Source of the DNA: Basidiobolus meristosporus CBS 931.73
Taxonomy: Eukaryota > Fungi > Basidiobolomycota
Length of the DNA stretch: 59,222 nucleotides
Assembly (NCBI GenBank): GCA_002104905.1
Contig: MCFE01000551.1
Coordinates: forward strand, 1 to 59,222
Direction: 5' to 3'
In this document: positions 22,851 through 35,804 of the stretch, one piece after another
Layout of the letters: every line of letters starts with the position of its first letter
How positions within the stretch are numbered: position 1 is the stretch's first letter
Notes under the pieces: model-generated
Seen by the model: the letters and a program-made list of their open reading frames with translations, nothing else
What the model was told of the DNA's origin: nothing
The model's database searches: none
Made by a program: the position numbers and the translations under genes

Positions 22851-25800
22851 TTACTCTATGCCTGGAAAGTGGTGGATTGGTTCGCGCAACGACTGGCCAG
22901 AGTCGAAACTGTGCCCCCTCGACAACGATAAATATGATCGAAAATGGGAGACTGGCGAGATGGGTGAGCTGCCACCGGAGCTGGTAGGCGAATGCTCCTG
23001 GGCCTCACTCAAGGCTGCCCCTTCGTTGATGGTGATCCGTGGAATCTTTGGGGTCGAATGATCGAATAGCCCGTTGGTTTCTTTCTGGATGAACTTTCGC
23101 CGCTGCACAATGGTCATCAAGATGCCACGCACCTTTTCAATGGCCCACATACTCAGCACAGCATCGTCCACCTCCTTTCGTTCCAGAAGCTCGGCAACGC
23201 CGAGATACTGCTCAACGTCGATCAGACGGTAGGAGAAGATCCGAAGTAGTGTGGCGAAGGAAATCCCTCGCCGTTCACGTGTCATCATCGCCTCCTGGTA
23301 GAGTTGATTGAATTGACGACGGCGTTCTCTGATCTTAGTGGAATCCAAGGTGCTCAACTGTTGGTTGAGCGAACGAAGATTGTATTGGGGAAATCGACTG
23401 GGCCGCACGCCGTATGGTTTCTCGTGGATATCTGGCTCGTTTAATGCCTCCGTCAGTTGAACGATGTAGTGTTCTGGGTCAAATATCCGAACCCGGAACT
23501 TTCCGGTGAGTTTGTTAAAGAGAGGAACCAAGTCCGCGGGTGATATGTAGCCGGTCGCCTGGGGATCGAATTCGGCCCACGCGCGTTTCCAGTGAAGCAG
23601 GTCCTCTTTGGGAATTAGCGAAAGGACGGAGTTGCTTTCATATATATACGTGAAACTCCCAACCACGACTACGATAAACATGTTCAAGAAAATGTATGTA
23701 CATATAATATAAAACGAAATGAACAGCAGGAGTGACCAAAGGGTGCTGCCGCAATCCGTGTCGAGGTAGTTCTCTACGCCATGCACGCAGAATGGCGGCT
23801 CCACCATCATATCGAACATAACGACATGCCAATTTTCACCGGTGGTCATCCGAATGCTCATTAGCAGGCTGTTCCCAAACCATCTGAAGTTCGAATTGGG
23901 TGTGGTATCTACCCCGTACCTAGTCAGCCCAAAGATCTCCTGGAAGAGGATGGAATAGATGACGAGAACCAGAGCATAGAGGCCTGTGATGGAGAGAATG
24001 GATGGTAGCGACGAAACCAATGCCTGAAGAAGAGTATTGAGGCTCTCTATCTTGTGGAGAACACGGATGGCAATGCCAACCAAGAAAAGCTTCTGGATCT
24101 GAAGCAGAGAATTGGCCTCAAACCCTGCGATGCGGAATACCACGGTTACCAGGACCCCGATGGTGACCAGAGCGTCGTAAAGATTCCACCGGTTTTTACA
24201 CCACCGATGGAATCCGGAGCCGCCTAGCCTTACCAGTATCTCGAATACGAAGAGAAGCGCAAAGACCCCATGGACGATGTTTCTAATGCTGTCAATCCAA
24301 GTGGGCTGCCCCCAGGCCTCAGTCATCATCACGAGTACGTTAAGCATCATGCTGCTGGTGATTATTTCCGAGAATCGATACTGCTTTACATGTAAAATAT
24401 CAAAACACCGCCCTCCAAACCAGGTATTCGGGCGCGCTGGGAGTTCGGAGGGCTTCACCATCTTGAGCTGTAGTTGTAGATCAATCCATTGGCGTTGCTC
24501 CACAGTAAGGAGCGACATTCCACTGCGGTTCTTGAAAATCTCCACCACAATTCCAATGAACAACTGAATGGCGAACACCGAGCCAAAAAGCATGTACACT
24601 ACGAAGTAGATCCAATTGAACCAATTTGCGTCGTATGGCAGGTATCTGGGTTGGATCTCCATGTTGATGGGGATGCTCATTCCGTGGAACAGCACATCGA
24701 CCCATCCCTCGCCCGAGGCCATCGTGAATAAGGTCAGCATTGCCGATCCGAAGTTGTCAAAGTTATGTGTATACGGGTTTTGCCACACGCGAGGCATCAG
24801 AAAGCCGTCGTTCCCGTCTCCATCCACATGGTACCAATACTCCCCAGAGCAATCGAAGGATCCACTGACATCCTGGTCATTGCATCGGTAGAATAGCCCG
24901 AGAACAAGGTGACCCCGTAGATGGCAAAAGGAACAATGAAAAGAACCGACAAGACGGTCGCATCTATGATCTTTGGCAGCCCTCTGATCATCGAGACCAT
25001 GATATCCCTCATTCCCTTGAATTGCCGAATCAAACGTAGAGGGCGCAGTGCTCTGGAAGCACGAATCGCTCGAGAGAGTAACGAAAGCTCAGTGGCTTGG
25101 CCCACCATAGAGATGTAGTAAAGCACCAAAACAACAAAGTCTAGCCAATTCCACCCGTTATGGAGATACGCATTCGGAGTGAAGAGAAATCCGTCGGCCA
25201 GAACACGCAGCATAAACTCCAGGGTCGATATAGCGACAAAAAAGACATCCAGATGGTGGAAGATCTGGGACTGCTCTTCCACAGGAAGCTCGTGGTTATA
25301 TTTTCGATGGATGGGGTTGTCGATGGCTGCAGTCACGACACTTCCGAAGATGCAGACAAGAATGAACCAATCGAAGTAGGATCTGGTGGATTCCTTTCCC
25401 GTGCCCAGTATCTTCTGGCAAAAGAGACGGAGGCGGTTTCGTGGTGATAGGAGGAATAGAGCACGGTTGTACGTTGGATGGCTCTCCTGGAAGGTCAGCT
25501 CTTCGTCGGATTCGTTCTCCAGCTCCTGGTATTCTATGGTCGATTGCCCCCTATAATGGCCATGGAGGGTTAGTGAACAATCAGGGGGAGTCACCGCCTG
25601 AAATACTTGCCATGTTGGTTTGCGTTTTTCGCGAGTCAAAATCGGTGCTTTCATAAGGGTCTCGTGTTGGTGGTCGATCAATCGAGTGTAGTTGTAGGGA
25701 TTCTCAACCGTACTCTTCCTACGGAAATCATGTCCGCCGGTTGTGGAAGGGAACAGACTTTCTTCGGTGTTGCTACCTCGTGTTCTGCACCATGAAAGGA

Positions 25801-28800
25801 ACCTGGCCAATCTTGACTGCTCGTTCACACTACACGTGGAGTCCTTCTTTTCGCCCTGGTCGGGCCGCGTGTCAACCAGAAACCGTTTGAAGTTGCTCTT
25901 GTTCACTCGAAGAACTAGCTCCGAGGGAATGGCTTGGACCTTAATTAGTTCCGGGCTTGGCTTGAGGTAGCGATAGGGATTCAGCCTTCTCAGGAGTGGC
26001 GATATCCTCGAAAAATTCGCCTTTCGTTGATTCTTGTGGACATAATTGTGCACCTGCTGAATGCGCTTCTCCTCTTCTTCCATCTCAAAATTCTCCAGGA
26101 AAACTGCGACAAAGAGGTTGACAATGATAAAGTGCGAGTAGAAGTAAAACACGACACAGAAGATCGCTCCGACAAACACCATGAGTCCACTTTGAGAGCG
26201 CATGGTATCCCAAAGAATGGTAGTCCAATTCTCCCCAGTCAAGATTTGAAAGAGCGCGACAAACCCTTCGCCGATGGTATCAAATGTTAGGTATGGATCA
26301 TCCTCTTGATCAGGGAAATCGAAGCTTCCCGAGAACAACTGTTCAGCAACGGAGGTGGAGAAAAGAATGAACAGCGTGGTATACAACAGTAGATTCCAAA
26401 TCCCCACCGCACTTCCGAATACCTTGCGCACCAGCTGACTGACGCGGGGCATGCACAGAATCACTCGATAGGATCGCATCACCTGAAACACCGTGAAGTA
26501 GCGATAGATGGGTCTTGACCGTATAAACGGCATGATCACCACACACGTTGCAACGGCTAGGAACAGATCTACACGATTGCTACGTTGCCGCCAAAATTGC
26601 CGAAATGAAACAGCACCAAAAATCCTCAGAACAATCTCGAGGGCGAACAGGCCGGTGAAAATGATCTCAATATGGTCCAAAGCGATCTCTTGACTTGGCG
26701 AGGAATCTACATTTCTTAGGGACATCGAGATCAGATCCACGACAACCGCCAATGCCCCGCAATACGGGAATATGGGATGGCGCACGATCCCGTGCATCAT
26801 CATCTCGAACCGTTTTCTGTTGGCCGGCAACTGTCGATCCTCCTCGAAGGCCCATCCATCGGCAGTATCCTTGAGGATTCTGGTTGGTCTGTTTGATGTA
26901 AAGGCGCTTCGGCATTTGCTGTTGGCCCGGATCTTTGCAAAGGTGTCCACAATGGATGCTGCAAGGCTGGGTTAGCCAAGTGGTCTCGAAACAACGATCT
27001 CCTTCAACTTACCGATGAAGAGCTGGATGATGAAAAAGGTGACGATGAATATCAACCCGCAGAAGTAAACAGCTGTGACCATCCCGTACTCAGCATCCAT
27101 GGCATAGTACATTATGTCTGTCCAACCTTCAGTGGCGATGACCACGAAAACGTTGAGTGTGGCGTAAAAGATGTTGTCAAAGCTGACCAGGCCGTGCTCC
27201 GGATTCTCCATGGTTGTGCATATTTGGCCGTGGGGACATATATATCCTTTGGAGAAGCCACCAATCCCACCAGTAGCTGCTGAGGGGTCTGTTCCGTTGT
27301 ACCAACCACCGCAGGCACGTTCCGGAAGGGCGGTCGCCCCCACTGTTGTTGTATTCTATGCTTAGCGATGGTGATCCAGCTAAACGCGGATAAGAAGACA
27401 TGCTACTTACGTTGACCATATCCATCGATGAAAACACATCTCCTCGAAAGGGACCCCTTGAAGGCATGAACACCAATAAGGCCGAACAGGACAAAGAAGT
27501 AGCTGATAAACATCACTACGATGACCAGTATAGGGATACTCACTTTCAACGAGCTCTGAATCACCGATAATCCACTAGTAAGCATCAATAGACGGATCGG
27601 CCTTAGAGCACACAGTCCCTTGAAGAGAGGGAAATTTCCATCGCTATACAGTGTCAGCAGTAGGTCGATCCAATAGCTGACCACCACAATCAGATCCAGG
27701 CGATTATAGCTGTGACGCAGGAAAGGTCGGGGTATCGGAGCCAGTGAATGGGCGGTTTTCCCAACGAACTTCAACCCGAAGCTCTCAGCCTTTTTCTCGC
27801 GGAATCCATCGGCGGGCTTTTCTGGCAAGATGGTGATATAGGATGAGCTACTGCTGTAGTCCTTTGGAGATGGCTTCGGGTCGAAGAGCAACCCATACAC
27901 GATGATTCGAACTACGCATTCTAGCCTAGGAATAATAAGCATTCGCTTGATGTACTTTCTCTTCCAAAGTCACTTACGTGAAGAAGCTGTATATAAATAG
28001 CTGGGCGTAATCCTCCCATGTGTCTCCAAAGATAAACTTGTTGCTCTCTTGGCGAGAGCTGAACGCAAGAATCACCCAATTCAACAGGATGAAAAAACAG
28101 ACTAACGGCTCAGTCCACCTACGAAATCTCTACCGTGAGTGGACACCATCGTGTCAACCAGAATATCACTAACAGTACCTGTACATCAACACCTGTGCCA
28201 ATGCTTGTCTTAGTCTGCTGTTGGGGCCAAAAAGGTACAGAGAATTCCCTTCCAACCGGATATATCGTTCCGTGAGGGGATTGGATCCTGAAGGTGGCAT
28301 TAGGACGTGCAGAACTGAAGTGAGGTTGGCTAATTTGTACCTGGTAAGTTCTCCGAGGATTGCTGCACTACGCTCTCACCCTGGGCTGGTTCAATGGGAG
28401 AACTGGGGTTGGAACTATCAGATGCTTGAGGGTCTGGGTTCTCACACGATTGAACTACTCTTGAAGATGCTGATATCACCAAATCCGCCAGAGATTGTCG
28501 GGTGTTGCGCTGTCTACGGTTTTCCAGGGTCGAGTTCATCATACCAACACCCGTGCCTAAAACAATGGGTTGAGTAGCCTGTTCACCGAGCGACTGCTCC
28601 CAAGCATGTGGTGGATATCCTTCAAAATATCTATGTTCTTGAGAGTTCATAGGGTCGCTTCGTTCAAAAGTGAAATCTTCATAGTAACACGAGATAGGCG
28701 AATGTCCTGGAGACTCTTCGCTACTGCTGCCGTGAAAATACGGGTCCTCTTCCTCGGCTTCTGAGATAGTAAATGGCCGTAAATTGGTCGTCGATACGCT

Positions 28801-29133
28801 CAGGCTACTGCTCTGTTCTCGGGAAACACGAACTCGACGGGGTCTACTATTATGAGCCTCTGGGCTATATTCAGGTGATAAAGTGGAGGTATTTACAAAA
28901 GAAACTTTGGGCCTGTTATCGGGGTCAAACTTTGGAGGGGGCTGTTCGCTACTTGTCAGGTTAATGATTGGAGTGGTACTGGTGGAGTTGACTAAAATTC
29001 TGGTGTGTTCTACAGCTGTCTTACTGTCAGAGCTCTCTCCAGTCGAACTGGTGGAAGGCTCGTTCTCTCGCTTGTCGGAAACACTTGTCTTCGAAGAGGG
29101 TTCATCGTTAGCGACAGAGAACTCCAGTGGCAT
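22851..29133 (-). CDS. CCH1: Four-domain Ca2+ channel (Cch1/NALCN clade), EEEE filter, apparent 1-bp frameshift at 24897-24899
   Basis: Four P-loops (ATEGW, TGENW, SGEGW, TGENW), S4 segments such as SRAIRASRALRPLRLIRQFK, and C-terminal HWKRAWAEFDPQATG. Several ~55-70 bp introns in domain I. Confidence 0.96.
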
Positions 29134-29414
29134 TCCACAAAATTGCTGACGGTTCTTTTTGCGGGAGTAAAGTGGGGGGAGGTGTCGTGGGTACCCAGCA
29201 TAGAGTAAAGAACTTTAGTTGATGATAGTAATGCCATGTTGTAATACATGTGTCCAAACTTGGTCCAGTTTATTCGAGATTGTAACCTTTCACACAACCA
29301 AATTTATCAGCTTGGGGTATCAAATCAAGATTAGTTCGAAACACTTAACGTAATCCATTGAAATCAAAGCAATTTTAAGAGAAAACTAGCATATAAGCTT
29401 ATACTATACAAAGT

Positions 29415-30103
29415 ATGAAGGTCAATGGTCAAAGCCAAGGGGAAGGGGAAGCCGCCTCAGATGTGCAGTCACCTTCTGAGTCTGCCAACCAAGGTATTAG
29501 ACACAGGTGTGCTAGACCGTGTTTTATCTAACGATCGTCTTCAGAGCAGGAAGCGCAGTATTTAGAACTTGTTAGAGAATCTGCACAAGCCAACTATGTG
29601 TTCAAAGTAAGTCTCGTTTAGCAACAAATCGCCCTGCTTTACCTTATTAACCTCGAGTCCAAGATTGCGCTGCATATTCTGCCCACCATACTATTTATCG
29701 TGTAAGGGATTCTTTGACTGGGTTGTTTCCCTATTTAACCAAGCCACTAACCGTTACTTACTTTGAGAATAGCTATTTTTGGTCGTCGTTTGTGTCGATA
29801 CAAGAATACATTCAAGCCAAAAATATCTCCTCTGCATCGTCCGTATCAACCACACTGTGTTTGGTCTCTTTGGGACTTTCGATCTATGTCCTTCACCTGA
29901 AGGAGCCCTCTCGCTTCTTCATGCGGGCCTTTTTATTCGTATCTATATTGCCTTTACTACTGATGGGACCCTCGACCTTTGACGGCATCATTATATGGGG
30001 AATGCCGGTGATCGTGCACCTAATCCAATCGTTAGCGCTGAAGTTGATACGTGATGACATGCGAAAGGTAGAATTGCAGGGAGCAAAGCTGAAAAGAAAC
30101 TGA
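29415..30103 (+). CDS. Uncharacterised multi-pass membrane protein (~170 aa, 3 introns)
   Basis: Spliced reading MKVNGQ...EQEAQYLELVRESAQANYVFKIALHILPTILFIVYFW...; 3-4 hydrophobic segments and a basic tail; GT-AG junctions in frame. Confidence 0.7.
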
Positions 30104-30290
30104 GTGCTTCAACCGAACGCGGAGTTTTTGAGGCCACGTCTTTCAACTTGTGTACGAATAGAGGAATGATTAAAGTTGGATGCTGTTTATTCGTTTGCAA
30201 TACGTGTTCTAAAGAAATTAATGTAGGATCGGCTTGAGCTTGAATTAATATATGGTGGTTCTATTGATGAATGAATTGAGTAGTCTACAT

Positions 30291-31870
30291 TCAGCGTTGA
30301 GCTTTGCTCAAGACATTGCTCTTCAACTGGCCACAGGCAGCAAAGATATCTAGCAGCGCAGAGAGATGGACGTTAGTGATGTCTCAAAAAACCTCCCCAA
30401 AATTATTCACTACCTCTCCCGCGGGGACGGCGAATTGTGGCTTTAGTGCCTCCCTCATTGACGATGTCAACAAATTGCTGAAGTCGGGCTTCTGGAGTAC
30501 ATTTATAGGTGCTTCCTGGCCATGGGTTGAAGGGACTGATAAAGTGGTTAGTGAGCGAAGTGAAATCAAGACACGATTACGGAGAATACTACATTAGATT
30601 AACGTGTGCGGGAAGCTCCTTTAACATACGAGAAAGCTCCCTAGCATCAGCCAGGCTATCGTTCACGCCGTCTAGCATTACATATCTGTGATGCCATACA
30701 AAAAACCTCGTTAAACATCTCATCCTACAGATGAATTGGACCAAAATCAACTCACTCAAAGGTAATGCGTTTGGTTTTCTCATCAGCAAGATGGACGAAG
30801 TTGCGACAGGCGTTCATCAGCTCCTTTATAGGCCATGTTTTGTTGAGAGGAACAATCTTGTCGCGAATGTCGTCGCTAACAGCATGAAGAGAAATCGCCA
30901 ACGAAACTCCTAGCTCTGTTGGGATCTTCTCGATGGCCGGAACTACCCCAGAGGTGGAAACGGTGATACGTGCTTTGGGCAGGGCGATTCCGCGGGGATC
31001 GGTGAGAATCTGAATAGCTTTACTAACGTTTCTATATCATTGCAACTTCAGCTACCTGCCTACTTCAAAGGTATTGTTTTTGGATTTGGATCTGAATTTA
31101 CCTGTAGTTATAGAGCGGCTCGCCTTGTCCCATAAACACCATATTGGAGATTTTACGCTGATGATTGGGAGTGAACGGAAACTCGTTTAATCTTGACGCA
31201 AGAATCATGTATTGTCCCACAATCTCACTGGCAGTCAAGTTACGAATGAGCTTCTGGGTTCCAGTATGACAAAAGGTGCATGATAGAGAGCAGCCGATCT
31301 GCGAAGAAATGCACTGCGTTCCGCGGGATGGCTCGGGAATAAAGACCGTCTCGATCACTTCATTTGGCTTTTTGTATGATATCAAGAATTTTCGAGTTTC
31401 GTCTAATTTGGAGGTCACGTCGTGCTACATTCACAAAGAACATTCCCAGCAATGAGTCTCGGATAGTCAAGGAAGCATTGCCTGTAGTAATACCTGAACA
31501 AATCCATGATCTATGCAATAGTTTTGCTCCAAGTTCTCCCGAATGCCAATGGGTAAGTTAGACATGGGTGCAAAGGTGTTGACACCTGTAGGAATCGGTT
31601 AATACTCGACCTGTGGAAGTCAAGGGCAACGTGAACGAGACCTTTCTTGTACATCCACTCCCATATTTGTTTGGGAGCAAATAGTTTCATTCCGGGAACG
31701 TTGGTCAGTAGCTCCTTGGTAAGTTCATTGAGTGACATGCCAGCAATATTTTTCCTGTTTAACAAATTCGAGCCTCCACTTGTCTTACTCAAGCCGCTGT
31801 CATTCGTTATTGAGGAGTACAATCGAGAGGAGGTTCTCCGTGAAGTGTTGAGGAATGCCTTGTATATCAT
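30291..31870 (-). CDS. rlmN: RlmN/Cfr-family radical SAM RNA methyltransferase, probable mitochondrial presequence
   Basis: [15 protein letters not shown] (CxxxCxxC plus upstream Cys), [57 protein letters not shown]; 6 introns; N-terminus [20 protein letters not shown]. Confidence 0.95.
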
Positions 31871-32126
31871 TGTAACGGCCTGGGGAGTGGAGGTATATTG
31901 CCAAGGTACTTCGAGCGTGACTGCAAACCTTCGCGTCCGAAATATAAAGAATTTTTTGAGAAATCGATAAACCAAGCAGATCGAGATAAATTTGCTTGGA
32001 ATAGCCTAAAATTTTCTTACCAGTGACTGCCAAAACCTGTAGAAAAAAACATCCCTATTGAACTGGCTTGAGATAGATGCTTGTAAATTAGTAAACCGAA
32101 CATAGAAGAATTTATATCACATTCCA

Positions 32127-35100
32127 ATGAGAACTAGTGAACCGCCCGAGCCATCCTCATCTTTTCCACTTTGGACGTGGCCGGAACCACCTGAGAGTTG
32201 CGCCGATGCAATAGATTTCGGTTTAACCGGAGGGGCGTTTATTGATTTACAAAGTGGGGTCGATTCTGCTTGGACGTTCAAGAACAACCACAACTCAAGT
32301 ACGCTGCAGCATACCTCCTGAGGCTGACTTACTAGCATTTGTATAGAACCCGTGTTAACCTAAAGCAGATTTTAGTGTCAAAGCTATAAGCTCTCTTGAA
32401 CAAGTCTTCCCACGAACACGGCACTATACGCACCCGAATCTCAGGAGACCCGTTAAAAGAAACACAAAGGCTGTGGTAAAATCCTTCTCGATCCAATGAC
32501 TGGGCGAACCTTATTTAAACGACGCCTTAATTTTCGCACAGATCAATTATTTTCAAGCTAATTTCGAAGATGCATACATACCGCAAACGGTTTTTGAGGA
32601 ATGCCTTAACGAGACACTTGCCGAGCAGGAGTCCCAGCTGCATTACGACCCTTTTTACGGAAATGCCACCACGCTCCTGGCCTCCAAGTTTACCCCCGAC
32701 TCTCACTATTTAGCTTTCCCCGCTGGTGAGGTGGGGAACACACTTAGTATCCTTTTGGTGGACCAGTCCCCGCTGGAAATCATGTGGATGCAGTAGACAG
32801 CTTAACTCGCAACAGATATCTCAATGCTAGGAAAAGTCCATGGAGAGTCAAGCTCAGCCTTTCAACTTCGCCCAAGTACGGAGCCAGTAACCAAGTTTAC
32901 CACCCCCATTCGCCAGGTGGTCGCCTCTAAATCAAATGAAGATGCTGGTGAGGTTTGTTTCCTAGAATGGATCAGGCTGTACCTATCGGTAGCCTAATCT
33001 TTGGCAATTGCACAGAAATCATCGGCGTGAGAACGATATCAGGTGTGACATTCCTGACCTTCAAGGAGAAAAAGCAACATGATCCTCCAGGCAGCTGTAA
33101 AACCATAGGCTCATTTTCCCTCCCAACCGAGCCGATGCACCTGGCGATTAACCCTTACTGGGTTGGGGAAGCGGCGGTTGTAGGGGATAAGGGATACCTA
33201 AGTATTTGGGACGTCAATTCGCCCAAATCGCAGAGGTGTGTGTTGTATTTCACAATTCCACTGGATTTCTCTTCAACTGACTTTGGTTCAGGGTCGTCAT
33301 GGATGTCAAGGCTGACGAAGATGTCAGGTTTGCTGATAAGTGGAGGAGCTGCGAGTGGGGTACCCACCCGCGCTCGCTCGTCATTGGGTCTGCCACTGAT
33401 ATCAAACTACTGGATCTGAGGGTAAATATACATCATGTAGTACGGTGCTGGTCTATATACTTAGCGACTTCTAGGACTCTTCATCGCCCAGTCTGCTCTA
33501 TACACCCAGCAACGAAAAGGTCTACGCTTTGCAACGGGGCTCAAATCATGAGATGCAGAGCTTCTTTTCCACGACCACTCGGGTAGGCATCATAGATCAC
33601 CGATTCGGAAGTAGGCCGCTATTACAGTGGAGACATAACCAGAGGGAGCCTCCTTCCCAGCTCCAGGTCTTTGTATCACCTAAGGCGACGGAAAACAAGA
33701 GTATGGCGATTTGACTACTCGCAGCAACTTAAGTTTTCTAAATCCTTTTCTTCTCGCAGCCTGCATTCTTGGTTGGAATCGGTTTGAATCCGAAGTCAAT
33801 ATGTATACATACGAGCGCTCTCCGACGTACGGGACATTCTCATCTGCTGGCTATCCTGTCTCTTTGGAGTCAATTTCTTCACACCCAGACTATCTCTCCG
33901 ACGAATTAGTCCACCCCATGGAGTTTAAGCCCAACAAAGTAGGCCGTGATGAGCGTGACTATCAACGACACCCTCCACTCGCTGGTCTTGCATGCTTCCC
34001 ATATTGGAGCGACACCTCACTGTCGGATGAAAACGATAGCTCCTCGAGGCTGTTTAGCCTCTTTCAGTACATCGAGAATGGCTCTATCTATAGCCAAGTT
34101 TACAGGTTTGGCTCTGGTATGGGCCCATCGTCATACATTGATGACGAAGGATTTTTCGTCCCTGGTGCCAGCCAAGGCGATGGTATGTATACCCAAGATG
34201 ACGAGGAAGTAACAACGTTAATTGCAAGGTCGAAATCACAATGGCCAAGCAGTGTCTTGGAGATGGAGAAGCAGGCAGATCACGTGGATCTATCGCCTTT
34301 GGACTTGAAGAGATGTACAAAGGTCAATATGAGATCTGTAATGCAGTGTAAGTTTCATATATTTCCGGGCCATATTCCAGTGAACTCAACTCCTTTCGGA
34401 CAGATCTTGCCAGCACTTTTCATGACGAGACGGATTCTTCGTCAGCCTTGATTAAGGAGGAGAAATCTACCAGCACAACCTCAAGTCGCTCGCCAAGCGA
34501 ATTCAATGATTACCTAAGCTCCTTGAAGTCACCTGCCTCAGTGTATCCTTACATTATTCGTTCCCTGTGTTTGCAGAGATGATTCTTTTGTGTCCTTAAC
34601 TCAGTTTCTAGTTATGATATGGTTCAGAACAAAGATGGTGGTCAACCCATTGAGAACGTACAGGAGATCGTCAAATGCGTTACTAAAAGCCTGCATCTAA
34701 AGCTTGATTGGAGAGGGATTCGCAACACTGTATTGTATCCCTGGGACAGCAATGCCAACCAAATCCTCGAGCTTAACAACAAGCAAGATATTCGCGTCCT
34801 TTTGAAAAGCGAGTTTGAGCTTAACACTGAGGGCCATGGTAACGATGAGGAGTCGTTGCTTTTGTTTGAGACGCTGGAGGAGAAAAGTATATTTGGGCCA
34901 CAGACTGGGGATAAGGCTATCGAGCAGATGACTGAGGCACTCTACTTGAGCTCTCTGGTTCACATCCCTGTTCAGAAGGTTTCCCTGCCAAGTCAACAGG
35001 ATGATTCGCTTGACCTCGAACTCCAGGACGAGCTTGATGAGTTTACCCCTAGAAAGCCAAGGGCTCCTGAACCACCATTGCATGAGATGAGATATGTTTG

Positions 35101-35731
35101 CCCACAAGGAAGCGTTGAACTTGACGTCGGCACGAAAGCATTGCTGCAGGAGTGGTCCATTGGCGATGCACCGCCAGAAATGGATCACGGCATCGAGGAG
35201 TATATGGACATGCGAGTGAAATCACAGAGTAGACGTACATTCCTGAAGAATGTCCCAGCAACCCCTCTTACCTTCAAAGGCTCCCGTCCGCTAATCACCA
35301 AATCCATATCTCAGCCAGACTCCGAAGCTGGACGAAACCTATATTTCAGCCCATTATCTCATTTCCGTCGGAATGATCTCACCACCCCTGCGGTCAGTCG
35401 CTCGCAACCGCAAGCTGCGACACCGCAGTGGCGTACTCCTCATATCAGAGCATCCCAGCCATCCCAGAGCACTGCCCAAACCCCGCGTACCATTCTCAAA
35501 TCCATAGTGAAGCGTAAGCTTGATCATATCTCGCAATCCCAAGCGACCCCCAGCGTATCAACCCCACCCGCCCTCTCGAAAACCCAGTCCTGGGTGCCGG
35601 TTTCTACTGAGTCCCCACCGCCAATCCATGAGATCCCCTCAACCCCGCAATTTACCGCCAGTCAACCGGTGGCCGGTTCGACCAACGTTCGCAAATCCAA
35701 GAAAAAGAAACCTCGTATGTCTGGCTTTTAA
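32127..35731 (+). CDS. RRN6: RNA polymerase I core factor subunit Rrn6/TAF1C, multi-exon
   Basis: NPYWVGEAAVV..G.LSIW, WRSCEWGTHPRSL, DLR, PLLQWRH; S/Q/T-rich tail ending KKKKPRMSGF. Confidence 0.85.
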
Positions 35732-35804
35732 TAAACATCCTTTTAATAGAACAATGGTGGGGCCCGTCTGTACATGTCCCTCGTTTTATCTATGTCGTCT
35801 GTAA

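Noticed and set aside
27343-27410. Second apparent frameshift in CCH1 domain I
   Set aside because: Resolved by a 68-bp intron using the AACAG acceptor at 27343.
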